Source: Acidobacteriota bacterium
GTDB lineage: Bacteria; Acidobacteriota; UBA6911; JACQSX01
DNA: 36,128 nucleotides
Direction of reading: 5' to 3'
Assembly (NCBI GenBank): GCA_036507075.1
Contig: DASXQR010000123.1
Coordinates: 1 to 36,128 of the forward strand
The position numbers and the translations under genes are program-made. Under the pieces are notes generated by a model. The model made no database searches and was not told the origin of the DNA. It saw only the letters and a list, made by a program, of their open reading frames with translations. How positions within the stretch are numbered: the first letter of the stretch is position 1; every line of letters begins with the position of its first letter. Below, piece by piece: positions 18,703-28,004 of the stretch.

Positions 18703-19505
18703 TCGCTTGCCCCAAGTGCGGATTTGAACAGGAAGGCGGCAGTGAATGCCTTCGCTGCGGCATCATCTTTGAGCGCTACGTTGCAGCGAAGGCGCCCTCC
18801 ACTCCGCCCTCACCGATATTTACGCCTATCGAAGAGAGTCCATCCCGGTCTCGCAGTCTGTTAAGAGTGGCTTACCGCATATTCACCTGGGGCACGTTGA
18901 TTGTCGGTGTGGTCACGCTGGTGCTGGTGCTGCGGCAGGCCCCTCCACCGAAGGTGCAGACAGACCCGCGAGCTGCCGTTCGCGTGCAGGCCAAGATGAA
19001 CGACCTGCAGCGTGACCTGCAGGCGGGCCGGCCTCACAGCCTGGAGTTGGAAGAAGCGGAGGTCAATTCATGGATTGATTCCAATCTGGCCCTGGCGCGC
19101 GACAACCCTTCCGCGACTTCCGTCCCAGCTCCCGATAACGCACCGGCAAAATCAGGTAATTCAACAGAGCCGACGATCCAGGAGGTTCAATCTTCCATGA
19201 AGGATGTGAAGCTGAACCTCAAGGATGACCTTGTAAGCGCCTACGTGCTGTTCAATCTCCGCGGCAAAGACCTCTCACTCTCGCTGGAGGGACGCTTGCG
19301 GGCAGAGAATGGGTACCTGCGATTCGACCCGGTGAGCGGAAAATTCGGGTCCTTACCGCTTCCTCAATCGGCCCTGGATCAGGCTGTGAACCGGTTACTC
19401 ACGTCTCCCGAGAACCGGGAAAAATTCAAGCTGCCTCCCGAGATTTCAGATATCCACGTTGAGAATGGCAAGTTGGTGGTGAACTATCGCGAGAGCAGCC
19501 GCTGA
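18699..19505 (+). CDS. Zinc-ribbon single-pass membrane protein
   Basis: N-terminal CPKC-x9-CLRC, one TM helix and an extracytoplasmic C-terminal domain. Confidence 0.75.
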   Translation: MIACPKCGFEQEGGSECLRCGIIFERYVAAKAPSTPPSPIFTPIEESPSRSRSLLRVAYRIFTWGTLIVGVVTLVLVLRQAPPPKVQTDPRAAVRVQAKMNDLQRDLQAGRPHSLELEEAEVNSWIDSNLALARDNPSATSVPAPDNAPAKSGNSTEPTIQEVQSSMKDVKLNLKDDLVSAYVLFNLRGKDLSLSLEGRLRAENGYLRFDPVSGKFGSLPLPQSALDQAVNRLLTSPENREKFKLPPEISDIHVENGKLVVNYRESSR

Positions 19506-19510
19506 AAGGC

Positions 19511-19772
19511 CAGAAGGCAGAAGGCAGGAGGCAGGAGGCAGAAGGCAGGAGGCGGAAGGCGGAAGGCAGAAGGCAGGAGGCAGAAGGCGGAAGGCGGGAG
19601 GCGGAAGGCAGAAGGCAGAAGGCGGAACTAGAAGTGACCGGTGATAGCTGAAGGCTGACACTGCCTCCTGCTTCCTGCTTCCTGCTTCCTGCTTCCTGGC
19701 TACTGCCTCCCTGCCTCCTGCCTCCTGCTTCCTGCCTCCTGCCTACTGCCTACTGCCTCCTGCCCACTGCCC
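19511..19772. repeat. Palindromic heptamer array element (CRGRAGG)n / (CTGCYTC)n
   Basis: 16 units plus a partial unit at 19511-19627, a ~33-nt spacer, then the complementary array at 19661-19772. Confidence 0.92.
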
Positions 19773-19779
19773 GGAAAGT

Positions 19780-20364
19780 ATGGATTTCAAGAAGGGGCGT
19801 TTCTCAGCCGAAGTCTTCCAGCCGGCGCCGTTTGATCCGCAGGGATTTCGTTACACCGCCGAAGCTTTTCCTCCTTACCGTCACATCCCCCGGGTAACTC
19901 CGCATCCGCGCCGTCATCCGATGGGGCATCACTTCGGCAAACCGGAACCGATCTCCGCGCCGTTCGATCCGGAGCATTGGTTTGCTTCCGCGGAATATCT
20001 CCATGGAGTCGATCTTTATAACTTTGCCTACTACTGGGAAGCTCATGAGGCCTGGGAGGCTTGCTGGAAGAGCGCCGGCGTCAAAAAACCGGCACGTCTA
20101 TTCCTGCAGGGTTTGATTCAGATCTCAGCCGCGCTGTTGAAGAAGGAACAGCGCTTGTTGGCCGGGATGACGAGCCTCGCACGGCAGGGTTTAGCGCGAC
20201 TGGGAGAAGCCTCCAATGTTGAGAATCCGTATTGCGGTTTGGATATCCCCGAGTTCACCGGCAGAATGAGCGTCATTTTTATGGCAGAGATCTCCGTTCG
20301 GTGGCCTGCGGATCCCAGGATTCAACTGCTTGGAATTGAGCCGCTGACCGGCAAGGGAGCTTGA
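19780..20364 (+). CDS. DUF309 domain protein
   Basis: GVDLYN..YYWEAHEAWE and LQGLIQ motifs. Confidence 0.85.
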   Translation: MDFKKGRFSAEVFQPAPFDPQGFRYTAEAFPPYRHIPRVTPHPRRHPMGHHFGKPEPISAPFDPEHWFASAEYLHGVDLYNFAYYWEAHEAWEACWKSAGVKKPARLFLQGLIQISAALLKKEQRLLAGMTSLARQGLARLGEASNVENPYCGLDIPEFTGRMSVIFMAEISVRWPADPRIQLLGIEPLTGKGA

Positions 20365-20592
20365 GGATATTTCCCGCTGGTGATCTTGAACACCCGTCCG
20401 GATGCGGCGCGCAGTCGACAATTCCGGTGCGCATTTAGTCGCTGCCGGGGTGTCGGCACGGAACGCATTGTTGACTGAGAGCGACGGCAAGGATAAACTC
20501 GTGGTACTAATTTCAAACGGACTCTGCCGTATCAGCCACCCTCAGAGAGCGATAGCAGCGATTTTTACAATTCGGCTCGGTGCACAGGTGGA

Positions 20593-23013
20593 ATGGGAAT
20601 GATGTCGCCACAGAGACAACCTTCGGAAGCCAATTCAGCAGGGACAAAAATCGATGTCGGTATCAGTGCCCGTATCGATCCGGAGATGCTTTCGGATTTT
20701 CCCATTGAGATTGCGCGCGAATTTCGCGTCTTGCCGCTCCACAAGAACGGTGACTCGCTGATCCTGGCCACCGACATACAGCTTCGAGCCGAGCAGCTTG
20801 ACGAGCTTCACCGCAGGCTTGGCTATCCATTTCATGTGGTACGTTGTGACATTGCAGGTTTCGCCGCCACGCTGGACGCCCTCTCGGAAAAGTCTCCTTC
20901 CAGCCGAAAAGTAGAGAAGATGAACCGGCCGCCCGACAGGCAAAAGTTTGAAGCGAAAACCTTTGCCAGGATCCTGATGGATCGCGGGCTGGTGAGAACC
21001 GAAGAACTGCCGCACAGCCTGATTGACACGTTGCGCGAACACGGTATCGCCCTTGCGCCGGCGACGTTCATCGACCGCCGCGTGATGGATCTGATGCCGG
21101 AGACCGTGGCGCGCCGCTACAAGATTCTGCCCATCGGCAGAGTGGAGAACAACTTCCTGGTGGCCACACACTCCAATCAGAACGCCGCCGGCCTGGCGGA
21201 AGTAAGAGGGATTACAGGACTGAGTCCGGTTCCTCTCTATTTCGAAATGGATGTTATCGAGGCTTCCATCGAGAAGTGCTATCGCCGCCGGCAGCAGCTT
21301 GCGCTGCAGCGCATGCTGGTCGCAAAGGAACTGATCAGTCGCGAGCAGCTCCACGCATGCCTCAAGATTCAGGCCGGCACAAACGACAGTCTGAGCGAAC
21401 TGCTGGTCAAGCAGGGCTATGTGACAGAAGATGCCATCTATGCCTGCCTGTCGGAAACACTCGGCTACGAATATCGTCGCTTCAAGACAGCCGATATCGA
21501 TCTTGAAGCCAGTCACCTGGTTTCGCGTAAGTTTGCCGAGGTGCATTGCGCGCTTCCCCTTGCGCTCGATCGGAAGAATCGGGTGTTGGAAGTGGCCGTC
21601 ACTGATCCGACGGATCTGAAAGTGATGGACATTCTCAAGGCGGTGGCCAGCGGTCATGGCTACCGGTTGAAGACGGTTCTGGCCTCTCCCAGCAGCGTCC
21701 GGCAGGGCATCGATTACACTTACAATTTCCGCGGTGCGACGGAAGAAACAGAAGAGCTGGAAACCGTCGCTACCACCACCGAGGATACCTCCCGGCCGGA
21801 GTTGATTGATGAGGACATGCCGGCGATCCGGCGCATCGCCAACAAGGTTCTTTACATGGCAGTGATGGAAGGCGCCAGCGACGTGCACATTGAGAACCTG
21901 GAGTCTCGCGTGCGTGTCCGCTTCCGCATAGACGGCATTCTCCACGAGCGCAATAGTCCGATTAACAAAGACAACATCCGAAAGATTACTTCGTTGCTGA
22001 AAATCGACGCGGGCCTGGACATTACCGAGCACCGGCGAGCGCAGGACGGCGTGTTCAAGAAAAAGATCGACAGGAACCGGTTTCTTGATTTCAGGATCAA
22101 CGCCCATGCGACCGAGTTCGGCGAAGATGCTGTAATCCGCATTCTGGATGCTTCCAAGAATCTGCTCTCGCTGGACAAACTCGGCTTGCCGCCGCAGATG
22201 TTGAAAATGTACGTGAAACTGGTGGAGAACCCGGAAGGCCTGATCCTCTTTACCGGTCCCACCGGCAGCGGAAAAAGCACCACTCTTTATTCCACGTTGA
22301 ATCACCTCAACAGCGGCGAAAAGAAGATTGTGACTGCAGAAGATCCTGTCGAGTATTACCTGGACGGTATTTGTCAGTACCAGGTCAACGAACCGATCGG
22401 CAATACATTTGCCGAGCAGGCGCGGCGTTTCCTGCGCAAGGACCCGGACATCATTCTGATCGGCGAGATCCGGGACGAGGATACTGCCGAGGCCTGCTTT
22501 CGAGCGGCGCTGACGGGACATCTGGTTTTCAGCACGCTGCACACAGCCAACAGCCTGGGTGTGGTGCAGCGACTGCGAGACTTGGGTGTAGAGCCGTCTT
22601 CATTGGGTGAAGCACTGCTGGCTGTGATTGCCCAGCGCCTCGCGCGCCGCAATTGTCTGCACTGCCGCAAGCCTTATCATCCGGATCCGGGATTGATGTC
22701 GGACTTTTACACCGACGAATTGCCTGTCAAAGCCGCCTATCAGCGGGGGACGGGATGCTCCCATTGCAACGGAACCGGATATAAGGGACGCATCGGGCTG
22801 TACGAGTTTTGGTACATCACGGATGAAGCCCGTATGGCGATCTCGTCAGGTGGACGCGAGGGACAAATTCCGGAAATTGCGTACCGGACCGGTTTGATGC
22901 CGCTGATGGAAGACGGCATGCGCAAGGTGCACGACGGAGTCACGACTCTCGAGGAACTGCGACGCGTTGTTCCGCTGGAAGAAATCCGCCGCTTCGCTAA
23001 TTTCAAAATGTAA
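20593..23013 (+). CDS. GspE/PilB-family secretion or pilus ATPase with repeated N-terminal GspE_N domains
   Basis: ASDVHIE, VRFRIDG, Walker A GPTGSGKST, TAEDPVE, DPDIILIGEIRD, TGHLVFSTLH, CLHC/CSHC zinc motif, GYKGR. Confidence 0.92.
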   Translation: MGMMSPQRQPSEANSAGTKIDVGISARIDPEMLSDFPIEIAREFRVLPLHKNGDSLILATDIQLRAEQLDELHRRLGYPFHVVRCDIAGFAATLDALSEKSPSSRKVEKMNRPPDRQKFEAKTFARILMDRGLVRTEELPHSLIDTLREHGIALAPATFIDRRVMDLMPETVARRYKILPIGRVENNFLVATHSNQNAAGLAEVRGITGLSPVPLYFEMDVIEASIEKCYRRRQQLALQRMLVAKELISREQLHACLKIQAGTNDSLSELLVKQGYVTEDAIYACLSETLGYEYRRFKTADIDLEASHLVSRKFAEVHCALPLALDRKNRVLEVAVTDPTDLKVMDILKAVASGHGYRLKTVLASPSSVRQGIDYTYNFRGATEETEELETVATTTEDTSRPELIDEDMPAIRRIANKVLYMAVMEGASDVHIENLESRVRVRFRIDGILHERNSPINKDNIRKITSLLKIDAGLDITEHRRAQDGVFKKKIDRNRFLDFRINAHATEFGEDAVIRILDASKNLLSLDKLGLPPQMLKMYVKLVENPEGLILFTGPTGSGKSTTLYSTLNHLNSGEKKIVTAEDPVEYYLDGICQYQVNEPIGNTFAEQARRFLRKDPDIILIGEIRDEDTAEACFRAALTGHLVFSTLHTANSLGVVQRLRDLGVEPSSLGEALLAVIAQRLARRNCLHCRKPYHPDPGLMSDFYTDELPVKAAYQRGTGCSHCNGTGYKGRIGLYEFWYITDEARMAISSGGREGQIPEIAYRTGLMPLMEDGMRKVHDGVTTLEELRRVVPLEEIRRFANFKM

Positions 23014-23111
23014 CTGCTGGAAACACTCCAGCCGGCAAGCCAACCCGCCCCTCTTCGATCCTCCCGTTTATCCTTCCCCTGTTGTATGATTCGATCCAAA
23101 AGGAGAACTTC

Positions 23112-23621
23112 ATGATGCCAGGCGAAAAGAATCCCTTTCAGTATTTCAAGGCGTTCACTCTGGTGCTCGTCGTCGCTGTGTCCCTCGTCTTTTGCGCGAT
23201 TGCCGCTGAGTCATCGGGCTTTGACTACTGGTCCGCTTCGGATCTGCAGGGCTACTCGAAGAAGCTGGCTGTGCGGATGAACGCTCAGAAAGTAGCGTCG
23301 GAGCGACTGGTAGATTATGGAAACCATTTCCTGATGGTGGCGCATCGCGAAGGAAGCGGTGAGGCCGAACTGCACGAAAGGCAGTCAGATATTTTCATCG
23401 TGCAAAGTGGACAAGCGACGCTTTTGGTCGGCGGCCGGATTGTCGGCGGCAAGACGACGGCGCCCAACGAAATTCGGGGACCGTCAATCGAAGGGGGAGA
23501 AAAGCGAAAACTCTCGACGGGCGACATCGTCCATATCACTAACAAAGTGCCGCACCAACTCCTGCTGGAGCCCGGGAAGGAGTTCACTTACGCCGTGGTT
23601 AAGGTGGACACCGCGAACTGA
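23112..23621 (+). CDS. Secreted cupin-fold protein
   Basis: AAGGAG RBS before ATG 23112; hydrophobic N-terminus; AELH...DIFIVQSG and GDIVHI...PHQ. Confidence 0.75.
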   Translation: MMPGEKNPFQYFKAFTLVLVVAVSLVFCAIAAESSGFDYWSASDLQGYSKKLAVRMNAQKVASERLVDYGNHFLMVAHREGSGEAELHERQSDIFIVQSGQATLLVGGRIVGGKTTAPNEIRGPSIEGGEKRKLSTGDIVHITNKVPHQLLLEPGKEFTYAVVKVDTAN

Positions 23622-23858
23622 CGGAAGGCAGAAAGCGGAAGGCAGAAAGCGGAAAGCAGAAAGCGGAAAGCGGAAGGCGGAAAGCGGAAAGCGGAAAGCG
23701 GAGCGCGGAAAGCGGAGGGCGGAAAACGGAGCGCGGAAAGCGGAGGGCGGAAAGCGGAGGGCGGGTCCCTTCTGCTTTTTGCCTTCCGCCTTCTGCCTTC
23801 CGCCTTCTGCCTTCCGCCTTCCCCCTTCCGCCTTCCCCCTTCTGCCTTCCGCCTTCCG
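23622..23858. repeat. Palindromic heptamer array element (CGGAARG)n / (CTTCYGC)n between convergent genes
   Basis: About 20 units at 23622-23763, a few-nt spacer, then about 13 complementary units at 23769-23858. Confidence 0.92.
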
Positions 23859-23863
23859 GCTTT

Positions 23864-24376
23864 TCACCACCGCCGCCGGGGTGCGCCACTGGAAACGTCG
23901 TAGAACTCCAGATCCCTGGCCGCGATCATTTTTGTCAGCAGGATGATCTGGCCTGTATGCATGGAGAAATGTTCCACCACGTGATAAATGGCTTCCAGAC
24001 CGCTTACGTCGTGATTCTGAATGTGCCTCGTTTCCAGCAGCACTTTCGAGTCCAGTCGCTGTAGTACTGTATCCGCGTCCTTCACTGCTTCTCTCAATTT
24101 CGAGATCAGATCGGAGCGGGGGATCTTCGAGCGCTCATCAAATTCCTGTTGCCTCTGGCGTCGGTCGGGTTCTCCTCCAAGACCGCTCACGATCCACTGC
24201 CTGACATTGCCGGAGAGATGCAACAGCAGGTTTCCAATACTGTTGGATGTCTCGTTCGAACGCCACCAGACCTGTTCATCTGTGAGTTGCTGCACGCAAC
24301 GCTCGATTCGGGGCAGCAGATCCTCATTAATGAATTTGCGCGATCGATCGATAAACAAGTCACCGGTGTCGGACAT
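23864..24376 (-). CDS. DinB/DUF1572-like metal-dependent protein
   Basis: [13 protein letters not shown], RxRxx[15 protein letters not shown]. Confidence 0.85.
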   Translation of the reverse strand: MSDTGDLFIDRSRKFINEDLLPRIERCVQQLTDEQVWWRSNETSNSIGNLLLHLSGNVRQWIVSGLGGEPDRRQRQQEFDERSKIPRSDLISKLREAVKDADTVLQRLDSKVLLETRHIQNHDVSGLEAIYHVVEHFSMHTGQIILLTKMIAARDLEFYDVSSGAPRRRW

Positions 24377-24393
24377 ACCGGACCTCCGTCGGC

Positions 24394-25269
24394 TTATGGC
24401 GCCGGTTTGAATTGGTAGCTGTATTCTCTCGTCTCCAGGCGTTTGGGGAAAAACTTCCCGCGTCCCGGCACGTCAATCGGCGTCATGATCTCCTGCCTGG
24501 TTTTTTCGCTCTGGATCGTCATAGTGTTCAGATCGATGACGCGCTCTCCTTCGCCTCGGATGACCGGCTTGTCGGAGGTTGCGACGGCAGAGCCCGCTGC
24601 CTGGGTGCCGTTTTCCGAGGACTTCAGCGCCGCGGCGTCAGAGTCGTAACGAAACGCGATCGTTACCAGATTCTTCTCCCCGTCCTTCCTGACTTCAGAG
24701 AATCGCATTATGGTCGTATACTTTATTGGACCGGTCTGAAACGGGTATTCCTGCACCGTTTCCTTCTGCTCGCCGGATTTGAATCTCAGGCCTATAAGTT
24801 CGCCGATCCTTGAATTCCATTCCCCTTGCTCTCTATTCTTCAGCGCCTCCGGACTCATGGCGGAAGCGAGAGACTGAAGCTGGGGTGGCAACGTTTTCTG
24901 AATCTCCTCTCCGATTGTCTCAGCTCCCTTAAGGGCCTGGAATTCACCGGCGGGGGAAATCTGGTAGGTGAGCTTTCTTCCGAGCAGTATTTTGTTCATG
25001 GGGTTCTCGAACGGACGGGCGTTGCGCATCGTACGGATCGCGGTTTGCGTTCGCTGTATGTCATACCCTGCGGATGTTTTCGTTACTTTCACTTCCGTCG
25101 TGGTTTCGGCTGTGTCCTCGTTGGTCATGCCGTTGCCCATGTCGCGTATGACGGAAGCCTTCAATTTCTCTGTGTATTCCAGACCATTGGGAGGCGCAAA
25201 AACGAGCTGAAACTCCTGCGCCTGCAGCGGCAGATAAAAGATAGAAAATAAGAGCGCCAATGCCTTCAT
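24394..25269 (-). CDS. Secreted hypothetical protein
   Basis: Signal peptide MKALALLFSIFYLPLQA; GGAG RBS; beta-rich sequence. Confidence 0.7.
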   Translation of the reverse strand: MKALALLFSIFYLPLQAQEFQLVFAPPNGLEYTEKLKASVIRDMGNGMTNEDTAETTTEVKVTKTSAGYDIQRTQTAIRTMRNARPFENPMNKILLGRKLTYQISPAGEFQALKGAETIGEEIQKTLPPQLQSLASAMSPEALKNREQGEWNSRIGELIGLRFKSGEQKETVQEYPFQTGPIKYTTIMRFSEVRKDGEKNLVTIAFRYDSDAAALKSSENGTQAAGSAVATSDKPVIRGEGERVIDLNTMTIQSEKTRQEIMTPIDVPGRGKFFPKRLETREYSYQFKPAP

Positions 25270-25280
25270 TCATTGCTCCA

Positions 25281-26114
25281 TCATGAATAATACCGTCTCA
25301 ATTGCTCTGCGGTGCCGTCCAGATCAGGGAAGACCCGACGCTCGTCAACTCCTACCAGATCCAACTGGTCGCGAAACCGGCCCACTTCATCGGCGGGGAT
25401 GATGAACTTTGTCAGAGCCGAACCCAGGCCGTGGGATCGCAGGAAGCCGTCGAACGGCTGCCGCTTGTCAGAGCAGAGCGTAAAGGTCGCTGCCTGGGCG
25501 ACGATTCGCGCGTCTAGAGACGGCGGTTCGAACATGCACGCAAAATGGGAATCGGGAGCGTACTGATTGAACAGGACCCAGGGTGTGAATCGCTTCTCCT
25601 TTCCAAACAGTCTTTCCAGGTCTTCGATCAGCAGAGCCAGTTTGGGAAAACCGAAAGCATGGTGAATTCGCTGCCAGTCCAACCGCCACACGGCGCGATC
25701 GCCCGCGGCTGGAACGACAGTTGCAAAATGAGCCGCCACCAGAGGCGAATAAGTCCAGTCGAGCAGTCGCGTCGGCAAGCCGTGGTGTTGGGCCGCTACC
25801 AGCAACTCCCAATCATTTACATGTGTCGGTGAAAAGTAGGGCCGGGAATAGCGAATGAAGTTTCGCAGGAGGTGCTCCTCAAGGTCAGCCTTGGTATGCG
25901 CAGGCTTGGAGCCTCCCAGTCGATCCAAGCTGGTCAAAAGCGGGCGGCCCGCGTCGTACGCCCCACGATAGACGCCGCTGTCGCGTCGCCGACCGGTAAC
26001 CGGATTCGGATCTGTGGGCGTGACTTTGTCGATCAAGTCACCGAGACTGGAGACTCCGATCTCCACGATTTGAGCACTTCCAGAATTGAGTTTTTCGGTC
26101 GCCGTGCCTGCCAT
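25281..26114 (-). CDS. FRG domain protein
   Basis: YRG, AQHHGLPTRLLDWTYSPLVAAHFA, RIVAQAATF, FPDLDG. Confidence 0.88.
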   Translation of the reverse strand: MAGTATEKLNSGSAQIVEIGVSSLGDLIDKVTPTDPNPVTGRRRDSGVYRGAYDAGRPLLTSLDRLGGSKPAHTKADLEEHLLRNFIRYSRPYFSPTHVNDWELLVAAQHHGLPTRLLDWTYSPLVAAHFATVVPAAGDRAVWRLDWQRIHHAFGFPKLALLIEDLERLFGKEKRFTPWVLFNQYAPDSHFACMFEPPSLDARIVAQAATFTLCSDKRQPFDGFLRSHGLGSALTKFIIPADEVGRFRDQLDLVGVDERRVFPDLDGTAEQLRRYYS

Positions 26115-26115
26115 T

Positions 26116-26248
26116 TCTAACCTCTAACCTCTAACCTCAAACCTCTAACCTCTAACCTCTAACCTCTAACCTCTAACCTCTAACCTCTAACCTCTAACCT
26201 CTAACCTCTAACCTCTAACCTCTAACCTCTAACCTCTAACCTCTAACC
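26116..26248. repeat. Near-perfect heptamer microsatellite (TCTAACC)x19
   Basis: 19 units in 133 bp with one variant (TCAAACC at 26137-26143); no complementary arm nearby. Confidence 0.97.
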
Positions 26249-26254
26249 TCTGGC

Positions 26255-26641
26255 CTAACGCGCCACTCTGCTCATCAATGCGAGCAGGTTGGTCTCTGAA
26301 TCCCGAAAGAACGCCATCCACAGATCATACCTATCCATCCTGGCGATCAGGTGTGGCTCGCCCTCAAATTGGACTCCTCGTCCCGTCAATGTTTGATGCG
26401 CCTTCCGGATATCGTCGACGTTAAAATAAATGACTGAGCTGGGATGATCAAATTCCGGTTTTTCAGGCAGGGCCAGCATCAGGTTGATCCCGCTGCAATT
26501 GAAAAACGCCATTTTAGGAACGGTGAACAGGTGCTTGACTCCCAGTTTGTCCCGATAGAATGCAACCGCCCGATCGAGATCATGCGCGTTAACCGCAATC
26601 TGTCCGATTTGAGCAAGCCCAAATTGATTGGCTTCTGTCAT
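26255..26641 (-). CDS. VOC (glyoxalase/bleomycin resistance) family protein
   Basis: ATG 26641 with GGGGAG RBS; IGQIAV..DLDRAVAFYRDKLG, IYFNVDDI, FFRDSETNLL. Confidence 0.88.
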   Translation of the reverse strand: MTEANQFGLAQIGQIAVNAHDLDRAVAFYRDKLGVKHLFTVPKMAFFNCSGINLMLALPEKPEFDHPSSVIYFNVDDIRKAHQTLTGRGVQFEGEPHLIARMDRYDLWMAFFRDSETNLLALMSRVAR

Positions 26642-26651
26642 CTCCCCATCC

Positions 26652-26849
26652 TTGAGCACGAATTTCTCTTTGAGCACGAATTACGCGAATTACACGAATT
26701 GCACGAATCCTTTAATTACTTCGAGGAATTGGGAAGGTCCTACCCAAAAAATGATTTCGTGAAATTCGTGAAATTCGTGAAATTCGTGAAATTCGTGATA
26801 TTCGTGCTCAACATGTAATTCGTGCTCAACATGTAAGTCGTGCTCAACG
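26652..26849. repeat. Palindromic array element, CACGAATT family (copy 3), with 18-bp terminal duplications
   Basis: Left arm 26652-26708, right arm 26754-26849; TTGAGCACGAATT x2 on the left; TCGTGCTCAAC x3 at an 18-bp period on the right. Confidence 0.9.
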
Positions 26850-27995
26850 TTCCTGGCTGACCACTACCCGGTTCTTTCCCAACGCTTTTGCCTGATACAT
26901 TGCGGCGTCAGCACGTCGAAGCAGGTCATCCTTTTTCAGGTTCCCCTTGGGGTTATTCACAGGCTTGTGATGCGCCACTCCTACAGAAGCAGTCAGAATG
27001 TTTTCCAGATTCAGCGGTTTTAAGCCGAAACCATATTCACGAGTCACGAATTTGCCGCCTTCGACGGCTTTTCGAATTCTTTCCGCCGCATCTACGCCCT
27101 CTCGCAGGGATGCATTGGACATCACGATCACGAACTCATCACCTCCGTAGCGCGCGATGGTTGCATCGCTGCGGTCTACCGCCTGCGTCAGCAGCGTGCC
27201 CATCTCTCGCAGCACCTGGCTTCCAGTGAGATGCCCGTAGGTATCGTTGATACTCTTGAAGTGATCCAGATCAAGGAAGATTAGAACGCATTCGCTTCCG
27301 CTCAGATCTGCAGCAGTCAATGTCTCAGTGAGGTGAACGTGGAACCAGCGGTCGTTGTACAGTCCGGTAAGATCATCTTTCTTGGCAAGCTCGCGACCGC
27401 GACGAGCATCCAGCGCATTCTGCAAGGTGACCGAAGTGTAGCCGGCGAAGATTTGCAGCAGGTTAAGGTCATGTTCGCTGAATGGTTCCCCATTGAGGCG
27501 ATTGATCAGCTCAATGACCCCGCACACATCCTTCTCGATAAACACCGGTACGCAAACGATCGACCGGGTGTTATATCCCATGGTCTGATCGAACTGCCGG
27601 AAAAACATCGGATCTTTCGTGACATCGCGTGAAATATAAGGGTTGCCGGATTGGTAGACATGTCCGGCAATGCCGAGCTTTCCGGAAATCTGCTTCCCCA
27701 GGAGTTCCCGGCCTACCGGCCCAAAAGCGGCCACAAAAAAGAGGTGGTTATTTTCTCTGACCGCGCTTTTTTTGGTGGGATCATCGAGAAGAATCGATCC
27801 CGATTCTGACGGAACAAATTCAAAGGCTTTCTGAAGGATCTGCCGCAGCAAAATATCCAGATCGCTCGCTGCTCGCAGCATGAAATCGGCTTTGTGACGC
27901 TGCAGGAAACGCTCCAGGGAAGGCAACTCCAGCGAGTGGAATGTAAGCATGGACTCACGTTCATCTTGGGAGGGGCGTTTTTTTCCATCTTGCAT
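26844..27995 (-). CDS. GAF-GGDEF diguanylate cyclase
   Basis: GAF motifs GIAGHV, TRSIVCVP, GVIELIN; DDLTGLYN, DLDHFKSINDTYGH, RYGGDEF. Confidence 0.92.
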   Translation of the reverse strand: MQDGKKRPSQDERESMLTFHSLELPSLERFLQRHKADFMLRAASDLDILLRQILQKAFEFVPSESGSILLDDPTKKSAVRENNHLFFVAAFGPVGRELLGKQISGKLGIAGHVYQSGNPYISRDVTKDPMFFRQFDQTMGYNTRSIVCVPVFIEKDVCGVIELINRLNGEPFSEHDLNLLQIFAGYTSVTLQNALDARRGRELAKKDDLTGLYNDRWFHVHLTETLTAADLSGSECVLIFLDLDHFKSINDTYGHLTGSQVLREMGTLLTQAVDRSDATIARYGGDEFVIVMSNASLREGVDAAERIRKAVEGGKFVTREYGFGLKPLNLENILTASVGVAHHKPVNNPKGNLKKDDLLRRADAAMYQAKALGKNRVVVSQER

Positions 27996-28004
27996 AACTG
28001 TCAG

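Noticed and set aside
115..22542. Long antisense ORFs (115-1419, 7402-8646, 10972-12753, 20635-22542 and others)
   Set aside because: They lie opposite well-supported genes and have no recognisable motifs; typical shadow ORFs in GC-rich DNA.
19446..23946. Low-complexity ORFs 19446-19661, 23359-23946, 23484-23870 and 23599-23889
   Set aside because: They are translations of heptamer arrays (LPPSAFC, RKAESGK) and overlap real genes.
26116..26248. Telomere-like repeat suggesting eukaryotic contamination or a chromosome end
   Set aside because: It is internal, sits precisely between two co-oriented bacterial genes, and other heptamer arrays occur throughout the window.
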